The notes under the pieces were generated by a model. That model was not told the DNA's origin and did not search any database. It saw only the letters and a list, made by a program, of their open reading frames with translations. A DNA stretch of 37,557 nucleotides from a virus (lineage: Duplodnaviria; Heunggongvirae; Uroviricota; Caudoviricetes): the IMG/VR virus record IMGVR_UViG_2588253749_000008. The stretch is one strand, 5' to 3'. The position numbers and the translations under genes were made by a program. Of the stretch, positions 17,712-27,673 are shown piece after piece. Numbering within the stretch: position 1 is the stretch's first letter; each line of letters starts with the position of its first letter.

Positions 17712-18289
17712 TGCGGGCCTCCTGTCGAATCGCTGCCGCCTTTCACGCCACCGTGTTTATGCGTATGCACTGTGATGCCGTTTGAGGTGAAGTTGCCGCC
17801 GCTGTGCGTGATATTGCCGCTCATCTTTCCTCCTTTTGTGACGTCAAGCGTCGCCGTTCTCAGAAGGTTTGTGCATTCCACGACGGGCGTATCCAGTTTC
17901 ACGCTGACGGATGCCTGTAAAGTGGCCGTTTTCATGCCGCTGGCGCTCAGTGCGCCAGCGTCCGCGTCGTAGCGGAACACCGCGCCGTCCGGCGCGCTGA
18001 TCACGATTTCTTTCAGGCTTTTGCCGGGGGCCGGACTGGCATCACTCCACAGGCTGCCAATTATCATGGCGGTTTCCGGGTTGCCGCCAATGCAGGCAAT
18101 TACCACCTGTTCGCCTGGTGATGGCGGCAGCCACACATTGAAGGCTCCCGCGCGCGTGGTGTTCCAGCGCAGCCAGCCTGTTTCCAGTTCGCCGCTGCGA
18201 ACGCGCACGCGCCAGGACTTCTCATCAACTTCAGAGATGATCCCGGTGCGGATGATATTGCTCAGCAGTCGCATGAGTTCTGCGCTCAC
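17708..18289 (-). CDS. V: Baseplate spike/assembly protein gpV
   Basis: 193 aa, position between S and W. Confidence 0.8.
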   Translation of the reverse strand: MSAELMRLLSNIIRTGIISEVDEKSWRVRVRSGELETGWLRWNTTRAGAFNVWLPPSPGEQVVIACIGGNPETAMIIGSLWSDASPAPGKSLKEIVISAPDGAVFRYDADAGALSASGMKTATLQASVSVKLDTPVVECTNLLRTATLDVTKGGKMSGNITHSGGNFTSNGITVHTHKHGGVKGGSDSTGGPQ

Positions 18290-18930
18290 CGTACAGCCTC
18301 CGCAATCCGGCCCAGCACCGTGTTATAAATCAGGCGCTCATCTGCCTGGCTGATACCCAGCAGCTCACGTACCGGGTAATCGGTGAAAATGCCCGGCGCA
18401 ACCTGATCGCGCTTACCGAACTGATGAACGCGGGCAATACGTGCGGCCACGCCGCTGTAACCCACCGTCACACCGGAAGCATCTGCACGTGCTTTCAGGT
18501 AGCGGGCGGTGCGCAGTTTTACGAACATGGGGACGCGCTTTGTGCTGTCCTGGTTGATGCGCCGGGTGCGTATTTCCAGAAAACGGTCGATGTCATCCCG
18601 GTAAAACGTGCGGATATTGTTTTTATCCTTATCCCACCCGGTAATGGTTCGCCCGTATTTCCCCGTGTCGTGATGCCAGTTTTTCAGCGTGCGTGCTTCG
18701 TTATTCCAGATAAAGCGAATGCGTTCCTGTATCCGGGTTACGCGGCGTCTGCGTGGTGTCCACGCGGTCCCGTCCGGCGCTTTCTGTGACCGGATACGCG
18801 CCTGCTGGGCGCGGCGTAAATCCTGTGCCAGCTTTCTGGCGATGTTATTGATGGCCTGCTGATTCAGGCTGTCGCGGATGGCCTCAAAGGTTTCATCCAC
18901 GCGTGTGAATGCCTTATCCATCGCTTTCAC
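18286..18930 (-). CDS. S: Virion morphogenesis / tail completion protein (gpS-like)
   Basis: Position between R and V; 214 aa, larger than P2 S. Confidence 0.65.
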   Translation of the reverse strand: MKAMDKAFTRVDETFEAIRDSLNQQAINNIARKLAQDLRRAQQARIRSQKAPDGTAWTPRRRRVTRIQERIRFIWNNEARTLKNWHHDTGKYGRTITGWDKDKNNIRTFYRDDIDRFLEIRTRRINQDSTKRVPMFVKLRTARYLKARADASGVTVGYSGVAARIARVHQFGKRDQVAPGIFTDYPVRELLGISQADERLIYNTVLGRIAEAVR

Positions 18931-19381
18931 CCCACGTCACATCCTGGAATACATGCGACCAGTCGCCTTCGGAAGATGGTAGGCGGGGTTTTGGCTCCGG
19001 CAGGTGTTCTGCCTGCGGTGTGCCCTGACTGCTGCGCGTGATGCGAACGCGTTCCCGCAGGGGGAGCGTAAACAGGAGATCGGCGCTGTCATCGTCATTG
19101 ATAACGGCGGAGAATTTGATGTCCTGATTACGCTCAGGGTTGAGCAACAACTGTGGCTGATTTTCGGATAACCACGCCAGCAGCGGCAGCGTGAGGTCGT
19201 CCAGCTCCCCGGCGTAATCCATGACAAACATCACCATCTGATAGCGGTAAACAAACGAGGGCGTTTCTCCGGTCGTTTCAATGTTGCCGCTCTCCACGAA
19301 AATGGTGAATTTTTCCGGGTTGGCCTGACACCATCGGCATGAACGGGTCATGGCTTCACGCAGGGAATCAGTTTTCAGCAT
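18914..19381 (-). CDS. R: Tail completion protein gpR
   Basis: 155 aa, same length as P2 R; MLK.DSLR N-terminus. Confidence 0.75.
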   Translation of the reverse strand: MLKTDSLREAMTRSCRWCQANPEKFTIFVESGNIETTGETPSFVYRYQMVMFVMDYAGELDDLTLPLLAWLSENQPQLLLNPERNQDIKFSAVINDDDSADLLFTLPLRERVRITRSSQGTPQAEHLPEPKPRLPSSEGDWSHVFQDVTWGESDG

Positions 19382-19658
19382 GGTTGTTGTCCTCGTTGTT
19401 CAGTCGTTGCAGCCTGCGCTGTTCCAGTAATTCAATGGCCCGTTTATCCGCGTTACAGGTTTCCAGTGCATCCAGAAGGCGGTCGCCCCATATACCGAGA
19501 TTTCCCCATGTGGGAGTGTCAGGGAAGGGGGGAGGCGTTACCGGTATGGTCAGCGTCTGCGGTATAAGCCGGACTGACGGCGCTGGCCGTGGCGCGTTCT
19601 GCGTGCCTGCGCAGCCTGTCAGTAAAACGAGCGTCAGGCAAAGCGTGGGCGCATTCAT
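19368..19658 (-). CDS. lysC: o-spanin (LysC/Rz1-like lipoprotein) embedded in and extending beyond lysB
   Basis: Lipobox LVLLTGC after a short signal sequence; Pro-rich; +1 frame within LysB. Confidence 0.6.
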   Translation of the reverse strand: MNAPTLCLTLVLLTGCAGTQNAPRPAPSVRLIPQTLTIPVTPPPFPDTPTWGNLGIWGDRLLDALETCNADKRAIELLEQRRLQRLNNEDNNHAEN

Positions 19659-19926
19659 CTTTTGCAATATCGTTGCGTAGCTGTTCACGTCTTGCCTCTC
19701 CGTCCTGATTGCGTTGCTGATTTTCCACGCGGAGTTGCGCCAGCACCTGCTGCATATCCTGTACCCCGGCGCTGATGATATTCAGGGTGTCGGCGGTACG
19801 TTTCAGGGTGCTGGCCTGCGCTTCGTTTCTGGCGTTCTCCCGGCCCAGCGACCATGACAGACGCATGGATGTTCCCCATGCGGCAATCAGAAGGAAAGCG
19901 ACACCCAGCGTGGGCCAGAGCTTCAT
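19519..19926 (-). CDS. lysB: i-spanin (LysB/Rz-like)
   Basis: N-terminal TM segment MKLWPTLGVAFLLIAAWG then coiled-coil region; start reassigned. Confidence 0.6.
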   Translation of the reverse strand: MKLWPTLGVAFLLIAAWGTSMRLSWSLGRENARNEAQASTLKRTADTLNIISAGVQDMQQVLAQLRVENQQRNQDGEARREQLRNDIAKDECAHALPDARFTDRLRRHAERATASAVSPAYTADADHTGNASPLP

Positions 19927-20315
19927 GCCGGATAGGCTCCGTGTGGTAACTGAAAATGCGGTCCGTCTTTCAGGGTCTTCCAGTCGCCGCCCCATTCCAC
20001 CGGAATATTCAGCTCCCGGCTGGCCTGTCTGAATGCTGCTGCGATTTTTTCGTACAGCGGCCATTCCCATGACACCTGGCTGCCGATATAAGCCACAACA
20101 TCCACGGCATGCCCCGTAAGGTGGCGGCTGTTCATGGTCTGGCTCTTACCTGTGGCCACAAGTTGCTTCTGGCGGTAACGGCTGCGCAACCCTTCGGTGA
20201 TACCAAAATCCACTTCCGAAATTTCCAGTGCCCGTCGGGTCACTTTCACCAGATCAGGATTTACGCCCTGCAAATTCTTTTCGCTCCGGCTGCTGAATTT
20301 AAATGTGTTGCTCAT
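19923..20315 (-). CDS. Endolysin, peptidase M15-type (L-alanyl-D-glutamate peptidase-like)
   Basis: 130 aa; zinc-ligand motifs SRHLTGHAVDV and DGPHFQ typical of M15 endolysins. Confidence 0.75.
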   Translation of the reverse strand: MSNTFKFSSRSEKNLQGVNPDLVKVTRRALEISEVDFGITEGLRSRYRQKQLVATGKSQTMNSRHLTGHAVDVVAYIGSQVSWEWPLYEKIAAAFRQASRELNIPVEWGGDWKTLKDGPHFQLPHGAYPA

Positions 20316-20635
20316 TCGTCCTTCTCCTTCACCCTGCGATTAAAGGCCGCAATAACCTTGTCGCGTGCTTTCTCTGCGCCCATAAAACCGATTGATGCGC
20401 CGATAAACGTCACGGCATCTTCAGGAAACCCGAAGAAGCGCAACGACCCGGCCACGGCCATGGCAAGAACGCCGCACGCCAGCGATCCCGTTACGGTCTG
20501 AACCAGTGTTCGTCCGTCATAAAGACTCATCAGCGCGGAAATGCTGACCGCCGCGCCTACTGCATACACCGTTGGCAGGTGGTCAAAGAGCCACGCAATA
20601 ACCTGCTCTGTGATCCCTGTTTGAATGGTGCTCAC
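20312..20635 (-). CDS. Holin (GTG start)
   Basis: 107 aa with hydrophobic TM segments and charged C-terminus; start directly after the X stop, GGGGGAG RBS. Confidence 0.6.
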   Translation of the reverse strand: MSTIQTGITEQVIAWLFDHLPTVYAVGAAVSISALMSLYDGRTLVQTVTGSLACGVLAMAVAGSLRFFGFPEDAVTFIGASIGFMGAEKARDKVIAAFNRRVKEKDE

Positions 20636-20637
20636 TG

Positions 20638-20844
20638 CTACTCCCCCCACAACTGAATCATTTCTCGTTTCTTCTTCTCCGGCTCCGGCATCTCCACGTC
20701 CTGCCCGGCGTCCAGAAATACCTGCTGACAGAGTCCGGGGTTGGCATCCAGCACCTTTTCGGTGACGCCCTGCGTCGTGCCGTAGTACCGGAAACAGAGC
20801 GAATCCACGGTGTCGCCTTCCAGTGCCTTCACTTTCATCAGCAC
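20638..20844 (-). CDS. X: Tail protein X
   Basis: 68 aa, position between L and holin as in P2. Confidence 0.75.
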   Translation of the reverse strand: MLMKVKALEGDTVDSLCFRYYGTTQGVTEKVLDANPGLCQQVFLDAGQDVEMPEPEKKKREMIQLWGE

Positions 20845-21341
20845 AGCTCCGCAAAAATTCGCGGGCGGCGCAGAATGTCAGAGATGGCCCAGCTCACATC
20901 GCGCCACAAATCCGATGTCTGTATATCCAGTGCGTCCGCCCGGCGGTCGCCCTTGTCCGTTGTGTCCGCATCGCGGTAACGCTCCAGAATCAGGGCGCGC
21001 GTGGCGGTATAAACCGCATTGCGCCAGTGCCAGAGATTGACGCTTTCTCCGTTAATTACGGGTGCCGGAACATCGGCCAGCGTCTGATGGCCAGCCGCCT
21101 GCTGTTCCTGCTGCCATGCTTCCAGCTCGCGGGTAACGTGAGCCACCGCCCCGGTGGCGGTATGCAGCAGGCGGGAGGTGGTCACGCGCCCCGGCAGTCG
21201 TACCGCCAGACGCAGCTCACGCAGCACAATATCCGGCCAGAATGCACCCGCTGAAATACGGGTATCACCATCATCGGTATCGGTGATGTCGTCCTCTGCG
21301 GGTCCGGGGTTGGTTCTGGCAACCATACTCATGGGGTTCAC
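20838..21341 (-). CDS. L: Head completion protein gpL
   Basis: 167 aa, position after M. Confidence 0.8.
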   Translation of the reverse strand: MNPMSMVARTNPGPAEDDITDTDDGDTRISAGAFWPDIVLRELRLAVRLPGRVTTSRLLHTATGAVAHVTRELEAWQQEQQAAGHQTLADVPAPVINGESVNLWHWRNAVYTATRALILERYRDADTTDKGDRRADALDIQTSDLWRDVSWAISDILRRPRIFAELC

Positions 21342-21433
21342 TCCTGAAAAAATCGGGCGGTGGGTGCGCGGTGTAAACGGTCACGGAGTCAAACCGGAAC
21401 ACCGCGCACGCCGCCCGCTGACGGGGTCAGTCG

Positions 21434-22234
21434 TTAACCGCGCTTCGCCTTCTGCGTCGCGGTGGTTTTTCGTGTTGCAGGCTTCCGCGTTGTCTTTTTA
21501 CTTTTGCTGCTTTCGTCCTGCGCCTGCGGTGCGCTGGCGTCTTCTGGTTCGGCTGCGGAATCGGCTTTTTTCAGGGCGCGGGAAAGGGTTGCAATCTCGC
21601 GTTTCACACCTGCGTTCGGGTTCAGGTGCATCGCTTCGCGCAGCAGCTTCAGTGATAAGGCCATGTTGTCTGCATCGGTCAGACCACGACGGGCAAAGGC
21701 GCACGCCTTGCATAATTTGGCTCGCACTTCGTCCGGCATATCCTGGTTGGCGACAATTTCCCAAAGTGTGTCCAGTGGTTCGATAAAGGCGGACAAATCC
21801 GCGTCGGCATCCGTCCCGGCCTGCGTCAGTACCGGGTTGCAGATTTCTTCGGTCAGTACCGTGGCAGCAGTACGGCCAAAGTTATCCGGCATGATGAGGT
21901 TGTGACGGACCACATACGCACCAATACGCAGCGCAAGCGGAAGATCGCCGCAGTCAATTGCCCACACCATCAGCGTGGCAATCACTTCATCCTGCTGCCC
22001 GCCGTCAGCCTCCAGCGTTCCCTCAATCCAGCCGGAAAAGTCCGGCAACAACTCTTTTTTGATGGCGGCTTTCGCGCTTCTGGCCTGTACGCCCTTAAGT
22101 CGGGCCTGTGCCAGACGCAGACGATACAGCACCTCTTCATGCGCGGTACGCGCGGCGTGGTCCACGCCTTCATTCGCCCGGCCTGCGCGCTGTGCCATCA
22201 CGTTCTGCCAGTGTTGCTGTGCAGGAGTAATCAT
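21434..22234 (-). CDS. M: Terminase endonuclease (small) subunit gpM
   Basis: 266 aa, position after N; basic C-terminal tail. Confidence 0.8.
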   Translation of the reverse strand: MITPAQQHWQNVMAQRAGRANEGVDHAARTAHEEVLYRLRLAQARLKGVQARSAKAAIKKELLPDFSGWIEGTLEADGGQQDEVIATLMVWAIDCGDLPLALRIGAYVVRHNLIMPDNFGRTAATVLTEEICNPVLTQAGTDADADLSAFIEPLDTLWEIVANQDMPDEVRAKLCKACAFARRGLTDADNMALSLKLLREAMHLNPNAGVKREIATLSRALKKADSAAEPEDASAPQAQDESSKSKKTTRKPATRKTTATQKAKRG

Positions 22235-22279
22235 TTTTTCTCTCCGTTACAGGCGGGCATGATGCTCGCCGTGAGTTGA

Positions 22280-23320
22280 TTAGCTGTCGGCGAACTTCAG
22301 GCCAGTGACCATCGCGCACTTGCCATAGTCTTCAACGACATAAGCGTCATTGATGGACTGGTAGGTGGCGATGCGGTTGTATTCCGGCTCGTCTTTCATC
22401 AGGCGACGCATTGTTCCTTTCTGCCAGTAAATCGACAGGTTATTGAACGAGGTGATCAGCATCGTTGAATCCGGGAAGAACGGCGCAAGGAATACATCCA
22501 GCCCGCCAATGGCGCGCGATGACAGGATGAGCTGTCCGGCAAGTAATTCCGCATTGGGATTCTGGCCGCTGATGCTGTTCAGCACGGGCAGACGCAGCGA
22601 GTTAAACAGGTTGCGCCCCATAATCACCACGAGGTCGTCAGCTTCCTTGTGCCATTCATCCAGCAGGGATGAGCGCGCGTCCTGTACCAGTGCATCAGCG
22701 TTCGCATACTTACCCGCGTGCGCCACGGTGTTGTCCATGTTGCGGGAGGTCAGCGTCACGTCATTCATTACGCGCTCGCTGGCGTCGGTTCTGATGTGCT
22801 CCAGCCATCCCACGTTAACGTCCTGAAGCAGCTTGTTGGTGCTGAAGTTGGACTCATCTGCGTGAGACGTGCCGTTGAAACCGATCATGATGCGGTCAAG
22901 CGCCACCTGCCGGGCAATCTGTGTGCTGACGCGTGACTGAAAATCAGGGTGTGCCGCCCAGGCATCAAGCTGCGGATACGAAATAAACGTGTCGTAGTTC
23001 ACCTGTTCGCACTGATATTTGCGGTTTTTCAGATCAACCACGTTATTCGGGTTACGGCGTTTTGTGCCGTCATAACTGGTATTCGTGCGCGCAATCGGCC
23101 CGGTGGTGTCCAGGAGGATTTTTTCGCCTTTCTGGTCGGTCACACCGAACACGTTAATTTTTTTTGTAAATTCAGTGCTCTCCTTTACTGCGTTTTCAAA
23201 ACGCTGCTGCACCGAGGGTTCCACGGTAAATCGCGATACCAGTGCGGAAACCGGGATATTGTTAAGCGACGCCTGCTGCGCCATATAGCAACCCAGCTTG
23301 TTGCGGGTAATATCTGACAT
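22280..23320 (-). CDS. N: Major capsid protein gpN
   Basis: Blocks match P2 N as recalled (FTVEPS, MIGFNG, GWL, LSIY); start reassigned to MSDITRNK. Confidence 0.9.
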   Translation of the reverse strand: MSDITRNKLGCYMAQQASLNNIPVSALVSRFTVEPSVQQRFENAVKESTEFTKKINVFGVTDQKGEKILLDTTGPIARTNTSYDGTKRRNPNNVVDLKNRKYQCEQVNYDTFISYPQLDAWAAHPDFQSRVSTQIARQVALDRIMIGFNGTSHADESNFSTNKLLQDVNVGWLEHIRTDASERVMNDVTLTSRNMDNTVAHAGKYANADALVQDARSSLLDEWHKEADDLVVIMGRNLFNSLRLPVLNSISGQNPNAELLAGQLILSSRAIGGLDVFLAPFFPDSTMLITSFNNLSIYWQKGTMRRLMKDEPEYNRIATYQSINDAYVVEDYGKCAMVTGLKFADS

Positions 23321-23355
23321 CACCAGATTCATAAAAAATTTGCTCCTTTGTCTTA

Positions 23356-24192
23356 TCAGAAGTCAGCCAGTTGATCGGAGGCTGCGCCCGTTGCGGTGAA
23401 CCGGTTCTGCGGATCGCCGTCCTGCGTGCGCAGTTTTTCCTTCAGTGCTGTCAGCTCTGTGGTCAGTAAAGTGATTTTCTGGCTGTCCTGCTGATGGCGG
23501 GTTTCCAGCGCATTAAAACGGTCGATAATGTCGGCCTGTGACGTTGCGACACCTTCCACCGCTTCCTGAATACGGGAGAAACTGGCGTCATCCGCTTTGC
23601 GGCCACGGCCAATAATCCCCATAACGCGGTTAAACCACTGGGTGCCTTCTTCCTGACGTTGTTCGGTGAGTTCGATAAGTTCTGACTCCATAGCGGCGGT
23701 AAACATCGCCACGTCTCCCTGCTGACAGTTGAATGTCATCAGTTGCATACGTTGTTGTGCCGCAAAGGCCAGACGTTCCGTGCCCAGGCTGGCGGGGGTG
23801 TCGGTCATTGCCAGCCCGCGCAGGTAAGGGCCTCCCGTGATGGTTGACTGTGGTTCCAGCTCAATACTGGAGTAAATTTTTTTACCATCGTTAAGCAGGG
23901 ACATCATGCGAGCGGTCGGCTCAATTTCGGCATACAGTGCCGTGCGGCCTGCCAGCGGGCCATCGGTTATGTCTTCGGCGCTCAACCCCACAACATCGCC
24001 CATAGCGGAAAACTCGCTACCGGGGAGTGGTGACAGGATGTGCTCAATATTCACACGTGCACCATAAACGGACGGGTTATAACTGGTGGCGGCAGCTTTC
24101 AGCATGTCGCCGTTGATTTCGCGCCCGTCTGCCGTTACACCGGAGACAGCCACGCGAAACTTTTTGCGGGATGTCTTTTTTTCATTAGCCAT
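23356..24192 (-). CDS. O: Capsid scaffold protein gpO
   Basis: Start reassigned to MANEKK; similarity to P2 O (FR.AV.G...DGR.I, LAMTD.PASLGTE). Confidence 0.8.
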   Translation of the reverse strand: MANEKKTSRKKFRVAVSGVTADGREINGDMLKAAATSYNPSVYGARVNIEHILSPLPGSEFSAMGDVVGLSAEDITDGPLAGRTALYAEIEPTARMMSLLNDGKKIYSSIELEPQSTITGGPYLRGLAMTDTPASLGTERLAFAAQQRMQLMTFNCQQGDVAMFTAAMESELIELTEQRQEEGTQWFNRVMGIIGRGRKADDASFSRIQEAVEGVATSQADIIDRFNALETRHQQDSQKITLLTTELTALKEKLRTQDGDPQNRFTATGAASDQLADF

Positions 24193-24257
24193 AGTTTTTG
24201 CCCCTCTGACTGGTTCTTCAGTCATGATGGCAAAGCGTAACAGGCTGATACAAAGGG

Positions 24258-24292
24258 CTTTTGTTGTAAGAAAACGGCCAGAACAGGGGGTT
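24258..24292 (+). promoter_or_regulatory. Candidate Ogr-dependent late promoter for P-Q
   Basis: CTTTTGTTGT-N12-AGAA..GGGGG, same pattern as upstream of FI; in the divergent O/P intergenic region. Confidence 0.3.
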
Positions 24293-24346
24293 AAGGAGAA
24301 CAGTTTCGCGCGCGGGTAATCTTCCTGTAATTACTCAGGGGGAGCA

Positions 24347-26098
24347 ATGATTCAGGACGCTTTTGTGCGCCAGCGTGCGCGGCAACTTTACTGGCAGGGT
24401 TATCCGCCCGCAGAAATATCACGTCTGATGGGAATAAACCCGAACACGATTTATGCGTGGAAAAAACGCGACCAGTGGGATGAAACGCCACCCGTGCAGC
24501 GTGTCACGCAGTCCATCGATGCGCGCCTCATCCAGCTCACTGAAAAACAGAATAAAACAGGTGGTGACTTCAAGGAAATAGACCTGCTGACCCGGCAGCT
24601 TAAAAAACTGCATGATGGCCAGCCGGATGCGACGGCCACAGGAAAGAAAGGCCGGGCGAAAAAGCTTAAAAATCATTTCACGCCGGAACAGATTGCCGCA
24701 CTGCGGGAAAAAATCATCAGCAGGCTGGAGTGGCATCAGCGGGGCTGGTTTGACTCCCTGACCCTTTGCAGGGAAGCCGGGATACGTAACAGGATGATCC
24801 TGAAATCCCGACAGATTGGGGCGACCTGGTATTTTGCACAGGAAGCACTGCTGATGGCGCTGCGTGACGATGTGGTGCAACCTTATCAGCGTAACCAGAT
24901 TTTTTTGTCTGCGTCGCGTCGTCAGGCGTTCCAGTTTAAAAGCATTATTCAGAAGGCCGCGGCTGAAGTTGATGTGGAGCTGAAAGGGGGCGATAAAATC
25001 ATCCTCTCCAACGGCGCAGAGCTGCATTTTCTCGGCACTTCTGCTGCGTCGGCACAGTCCTATACGGGCAATTTTTATTTTGATGAATTCTTCTGGGTCA
25101 GTCGCTTTGCTGAACTGCGCAAGGTGGCTGGCGCTATGGCAACCCTCAGCGGACTGCGGCGCACCTACTTCTCCACGCCATCCACCGAAACGCACGAGGC
25201 ATACGCCTACTGGAACGGCGACCGCTGGAACGAGAAAAAGGCCACGCATAAACGCCAGCGTTTTTCTGTGGACTGGAAAACGCTGCATAACGGGCTTATC
25301 TGCCCTGACCGGACGTGGCGGCAAATTGTCACGCTGGAAGATGTGGTTAATCACGGCTGGAAACACACCGATATTGATGAAATTCGTGATGAAAACACCG
25401 AAGACGAGTTCCTCAATCTCTATATGTGTGAGTTTGTCCGCGAAGGGGAATCGGCATTTAACCTGAATATCCTGATTGGCTGTGGTGTTGACGGATACGA
25501 CGACTGGAAAGACTGGAAACCTTTTGCTCCCCGCCCGATGGGGAATCGCCCGGTATGGATTGGGTATGACGCAAACGGCAGCAGTGGCAACGGCGACAGC
25601 GGCGCGGTGTCCGTGGTGGTTCCTCCGGCTGTTCCTGGTGGCCGTTTTCGAACGGTGGAGACGCGACGCGTTCAGGGGCTGGAGTTTGAAGAACAGGCCA
25701 GAGTCATTGAAGAGTTCACGTGTCGCTACAACGTGGAACACATCGGCATTGATGTGACGGGCGGGAACGGGGAGGCTGTTTATCAGATAGTGAAACGGTT
25801 TTTCCCTGCCGCTATTCCGTACACCTTCACGCTGTCATCAAAACGGTCGCTGGTACTGAAAATGCTGCAAATAATGCGTGCCGGGCGGTGGGAATACGAT
25901 CGCGCCGAACGCGAGCTGGTCGCGGCCTTTAACGCCGTGCGTAAGGTGAAAACACCTGGCGGCTTTATCACTTACGAAACGGACCGCGCGAGGGGGATCA
26001 GCCACGGCGACCTTGCGTGGGCAACCATGCTTGCTGTCATTAACGAACCAATTGGCGGCGAAGGAGAAAACGAGCGTTTCACGGTTATGGAGTTCTGA
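24347..26098 (+). CDS. P: Terminase ATPase (large) subunit gpP
   Basis: 583 aa, divergent from O as in P2. Confidence 0.9.
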   Translation: MIQDAFVRQRARQLYWQGYPPAEISRLMGINPNTIYAWKKRDQWDETPPVQRVTQSIDARLIQLTEKQNKTGGDFKEIDLLTRQLKKLHDGQPDATATGKKGRAKKLKNHFTPEQIAALREKIISRLEWHQRGWFDSLTLCREAGIRNRMILKSRQIGATWYFAQEALLMALRDDVVQPYQRNQIFLSASRRQAFQFKSIIQKAAAEVDVELKGGDKIILSNGAELHFLGTSAASAQSYTGNFYFDEFFWVSRFAELRKVAGAMATLSGLRRTYFSTPSTETHEAYAYWNGDRWNEKKATHKRQRFSVDWKTLHNGLICPDRTWRQIVTLEDVVNHGWKHTDIDEIRDENTEDEFLNLYMCEFVREGESAFNLNILIGCGVDGYDDWKDWKPFAPRPMGNRPVWIGYDANGSSGNGDSGAVSVVVPPAVPGGRFRTVETRRVQGLEFEEQARVIEEFTCRYNVEHIGIDVTGGNGEAVYQIVKRFFPAAIPYTFTLSSKRSLVLKMLQIMRAGRWEYDRAERELVAAFNAVRKVKTPGGFITYETDRARGISHGDLAWATMLAVINEPIGGEGENERFTVMEF

Positions 26099-27144
26099 TG
26101 AGCAGAAAAAATAAAAAAGTGCGCATGAGTTCACGCATTGATCTCGCTGATGCGCTCAGGAAAGAATCATCGCTCAGTGCATTCACATTTGATGGTCCTT
26201 ATCGCCTGACCGGGCATGACCTGCTGGACAATATGTACTGTGCTGATAACGGGCGGTGGTATGAAACCCCGGTGGACTGGTACGGTCTGGCAAGAGCCGC
26301 CCGGCAAACGTCCTGGCATCAGTCTGCGCTTTACTTTAAGCGCAATGTATTGCTCGGTTGCTACATCCCGCACCCGCTGCTTTCCCGGCAGGATTTCTCG
26401 GCGCTGGCGCTGGACTGGTTTGTGTTCGGTAACGCATTCCTTGAGCTTCGGAGCAATATGCTCGGCGAACCACTTAAATTACGGCACGCACTGGCGAAAT
26501 ACATGCGACGCGGAAGCGATCTTGAATCATGGTGGTATGTGCAGGATGGCAAGGACGCGTTTCAGTTTCGCCCTGGCAAAGTGTGCCACCTGATGAATCC
26601 GGACATTAACCAGGAAATTTACGGCATGCCGGAATATCTTGGCGCATTACTCTCGGCCAGCCTGTCTCATTCGGCGGACATGTTCAGAAAACTGTATTAC
26701 GACAATGGATCCCACGCCGGGTGCATCATCTACATCGGTGCAGCGCAGGTAAACCGCGAAAGCATGGACTCCCTGAAAGAAACGTTACAGGGTGCGCGTG
26801 GTGGTGGTGCGTTTAAAAACGTGCTCATCCATGCGCCCAACGGGGGCAAAGAGGGGGTGCAAATTTTGCCGTTCCAGCAGATCACCGCAAAGGATGAGTT
26901 CATGAATGTTAAGGCGGCATCCCGTGATGATGTGCTGGCTGCGCACCGCGTTCCGCCGCAACTGATGGGGGCGATGCCGGGCGAAAAAAGTGCGTTTGGT
27001 GATGTGGAGAAGGCCGCGCGGGTTTACGCAATTAACGAGCTGATGCCTGTCATGGAGGCCATGAAGCACATCAATGACTGGCTTGGCGAAGAGGTGATCC
27101 GCTTTAACCCTTACGCACTGTTAGACACCCAGCCCACATCCTGA
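26098..27144 (+). CDS. Q: Portal protein gpQ
   Basis: 348 aa immediately after P; last late gene before the presumptive cos region. Confidence 0.9.
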   Translation: MSRKNKKVRMSSRIDLADALRKESSLSAFTFDGPYRLTGHDLLDNMYCADNGRWYETPVDWYGLARAARQTSWHQSALYFKRNVLLGCYIPHPLLSRQDFSALALDWFVFGNAFLELRSNMLGEPLKLRHALAKYMRRGSDLESWWYVQDGKDAFQFRPGKVCHLMNPDINQEIYGMPEYLGALLSASLSHSADMFRKLYYDNGSHAGCIIYIGAAQVNRESMDSLKETLQGARGGGAFKNVLIHAPNGGKEGVQILPFQQITAKDEFMNVKAASRDDVLAAHRVPPQLMGAMPGEKSAFGDVEKAARVYAINELMPVMEAMKHINDWLGEEVIRFNPYALLDTQPTS

Positions 27145-27171
27145 CGCGCTTCGCTTGTCTGCTGCTTCGCC

Positions 27172-27197
27172 GGGGCATAAAAAATTTATGCCCCGAC
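27172..27197 (+). terminator. Terminator after Q (GGGGCATAAAAAATTTATGCCCC)
   Basis: Perfect hairpin read directly from sequence. Confidence 0.5.
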
Positions 27198-27590
27198 TCT
27201 CCAGCTCCTGTATCAGTCAGATAATTTCACGACGCTTTCCTGCTGATTGCCATTATCGACAGTCAGACTCTTACGCAATCCCACCGCGTTGACTGCATGT
27301 TCTCGCCGTCTCAGTGCGATTTTGACGGCCTTACCTTTCACCCCATCAAATCAAAAGCCCTCACGTCTTTTTCACGCTCAGCGTGAGAAATACAGCCATT
27401 CTGTTGTATCTCTGCGACATCGTTCAGGGAATGCTATTTACCCCCTGAAACGCGGGCTGTTCCCCCGTCACCTGCGCGCAGAAAAAACGCGTTTTTTTGT
27501 GCACGTACGGATCCTTGACGGATCCAGCCACCACGCGGGCCGGAAGTACAAAAAGTCGTTCAAAAAAATTGTGCAAACTTGTGCACTATC

Positions 27591-27621
27591 GTGCAAACAA
27601 AAAAAGCGCCTTATCGGCGCT
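27591..27621 (-). terminator. Terminator for the 27674-27901 gene (minus strand)
   Basis: AAGCGCCGATAAGGCGCTT followed by TTTTTTTG on the minus strand. Confidence 0.45.
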
Positions 27622-27673
27622 TCAAAAGTATCAATTGTTGCTGTGTATTAATCGCCAACCACGAACATATGCT

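Noticed and set aside
24419-25741. 440-aa minus-strand ORF antisense to terminase P
   Set aside because: Entirely nested opposite a conserved gene; no homology signal.
27247-27651. 134-aa plus-strand ORF in the cos-proximal region
   Set aside because: No RBS, runs through repeats and a minus-strand terminator; likely non-coding.
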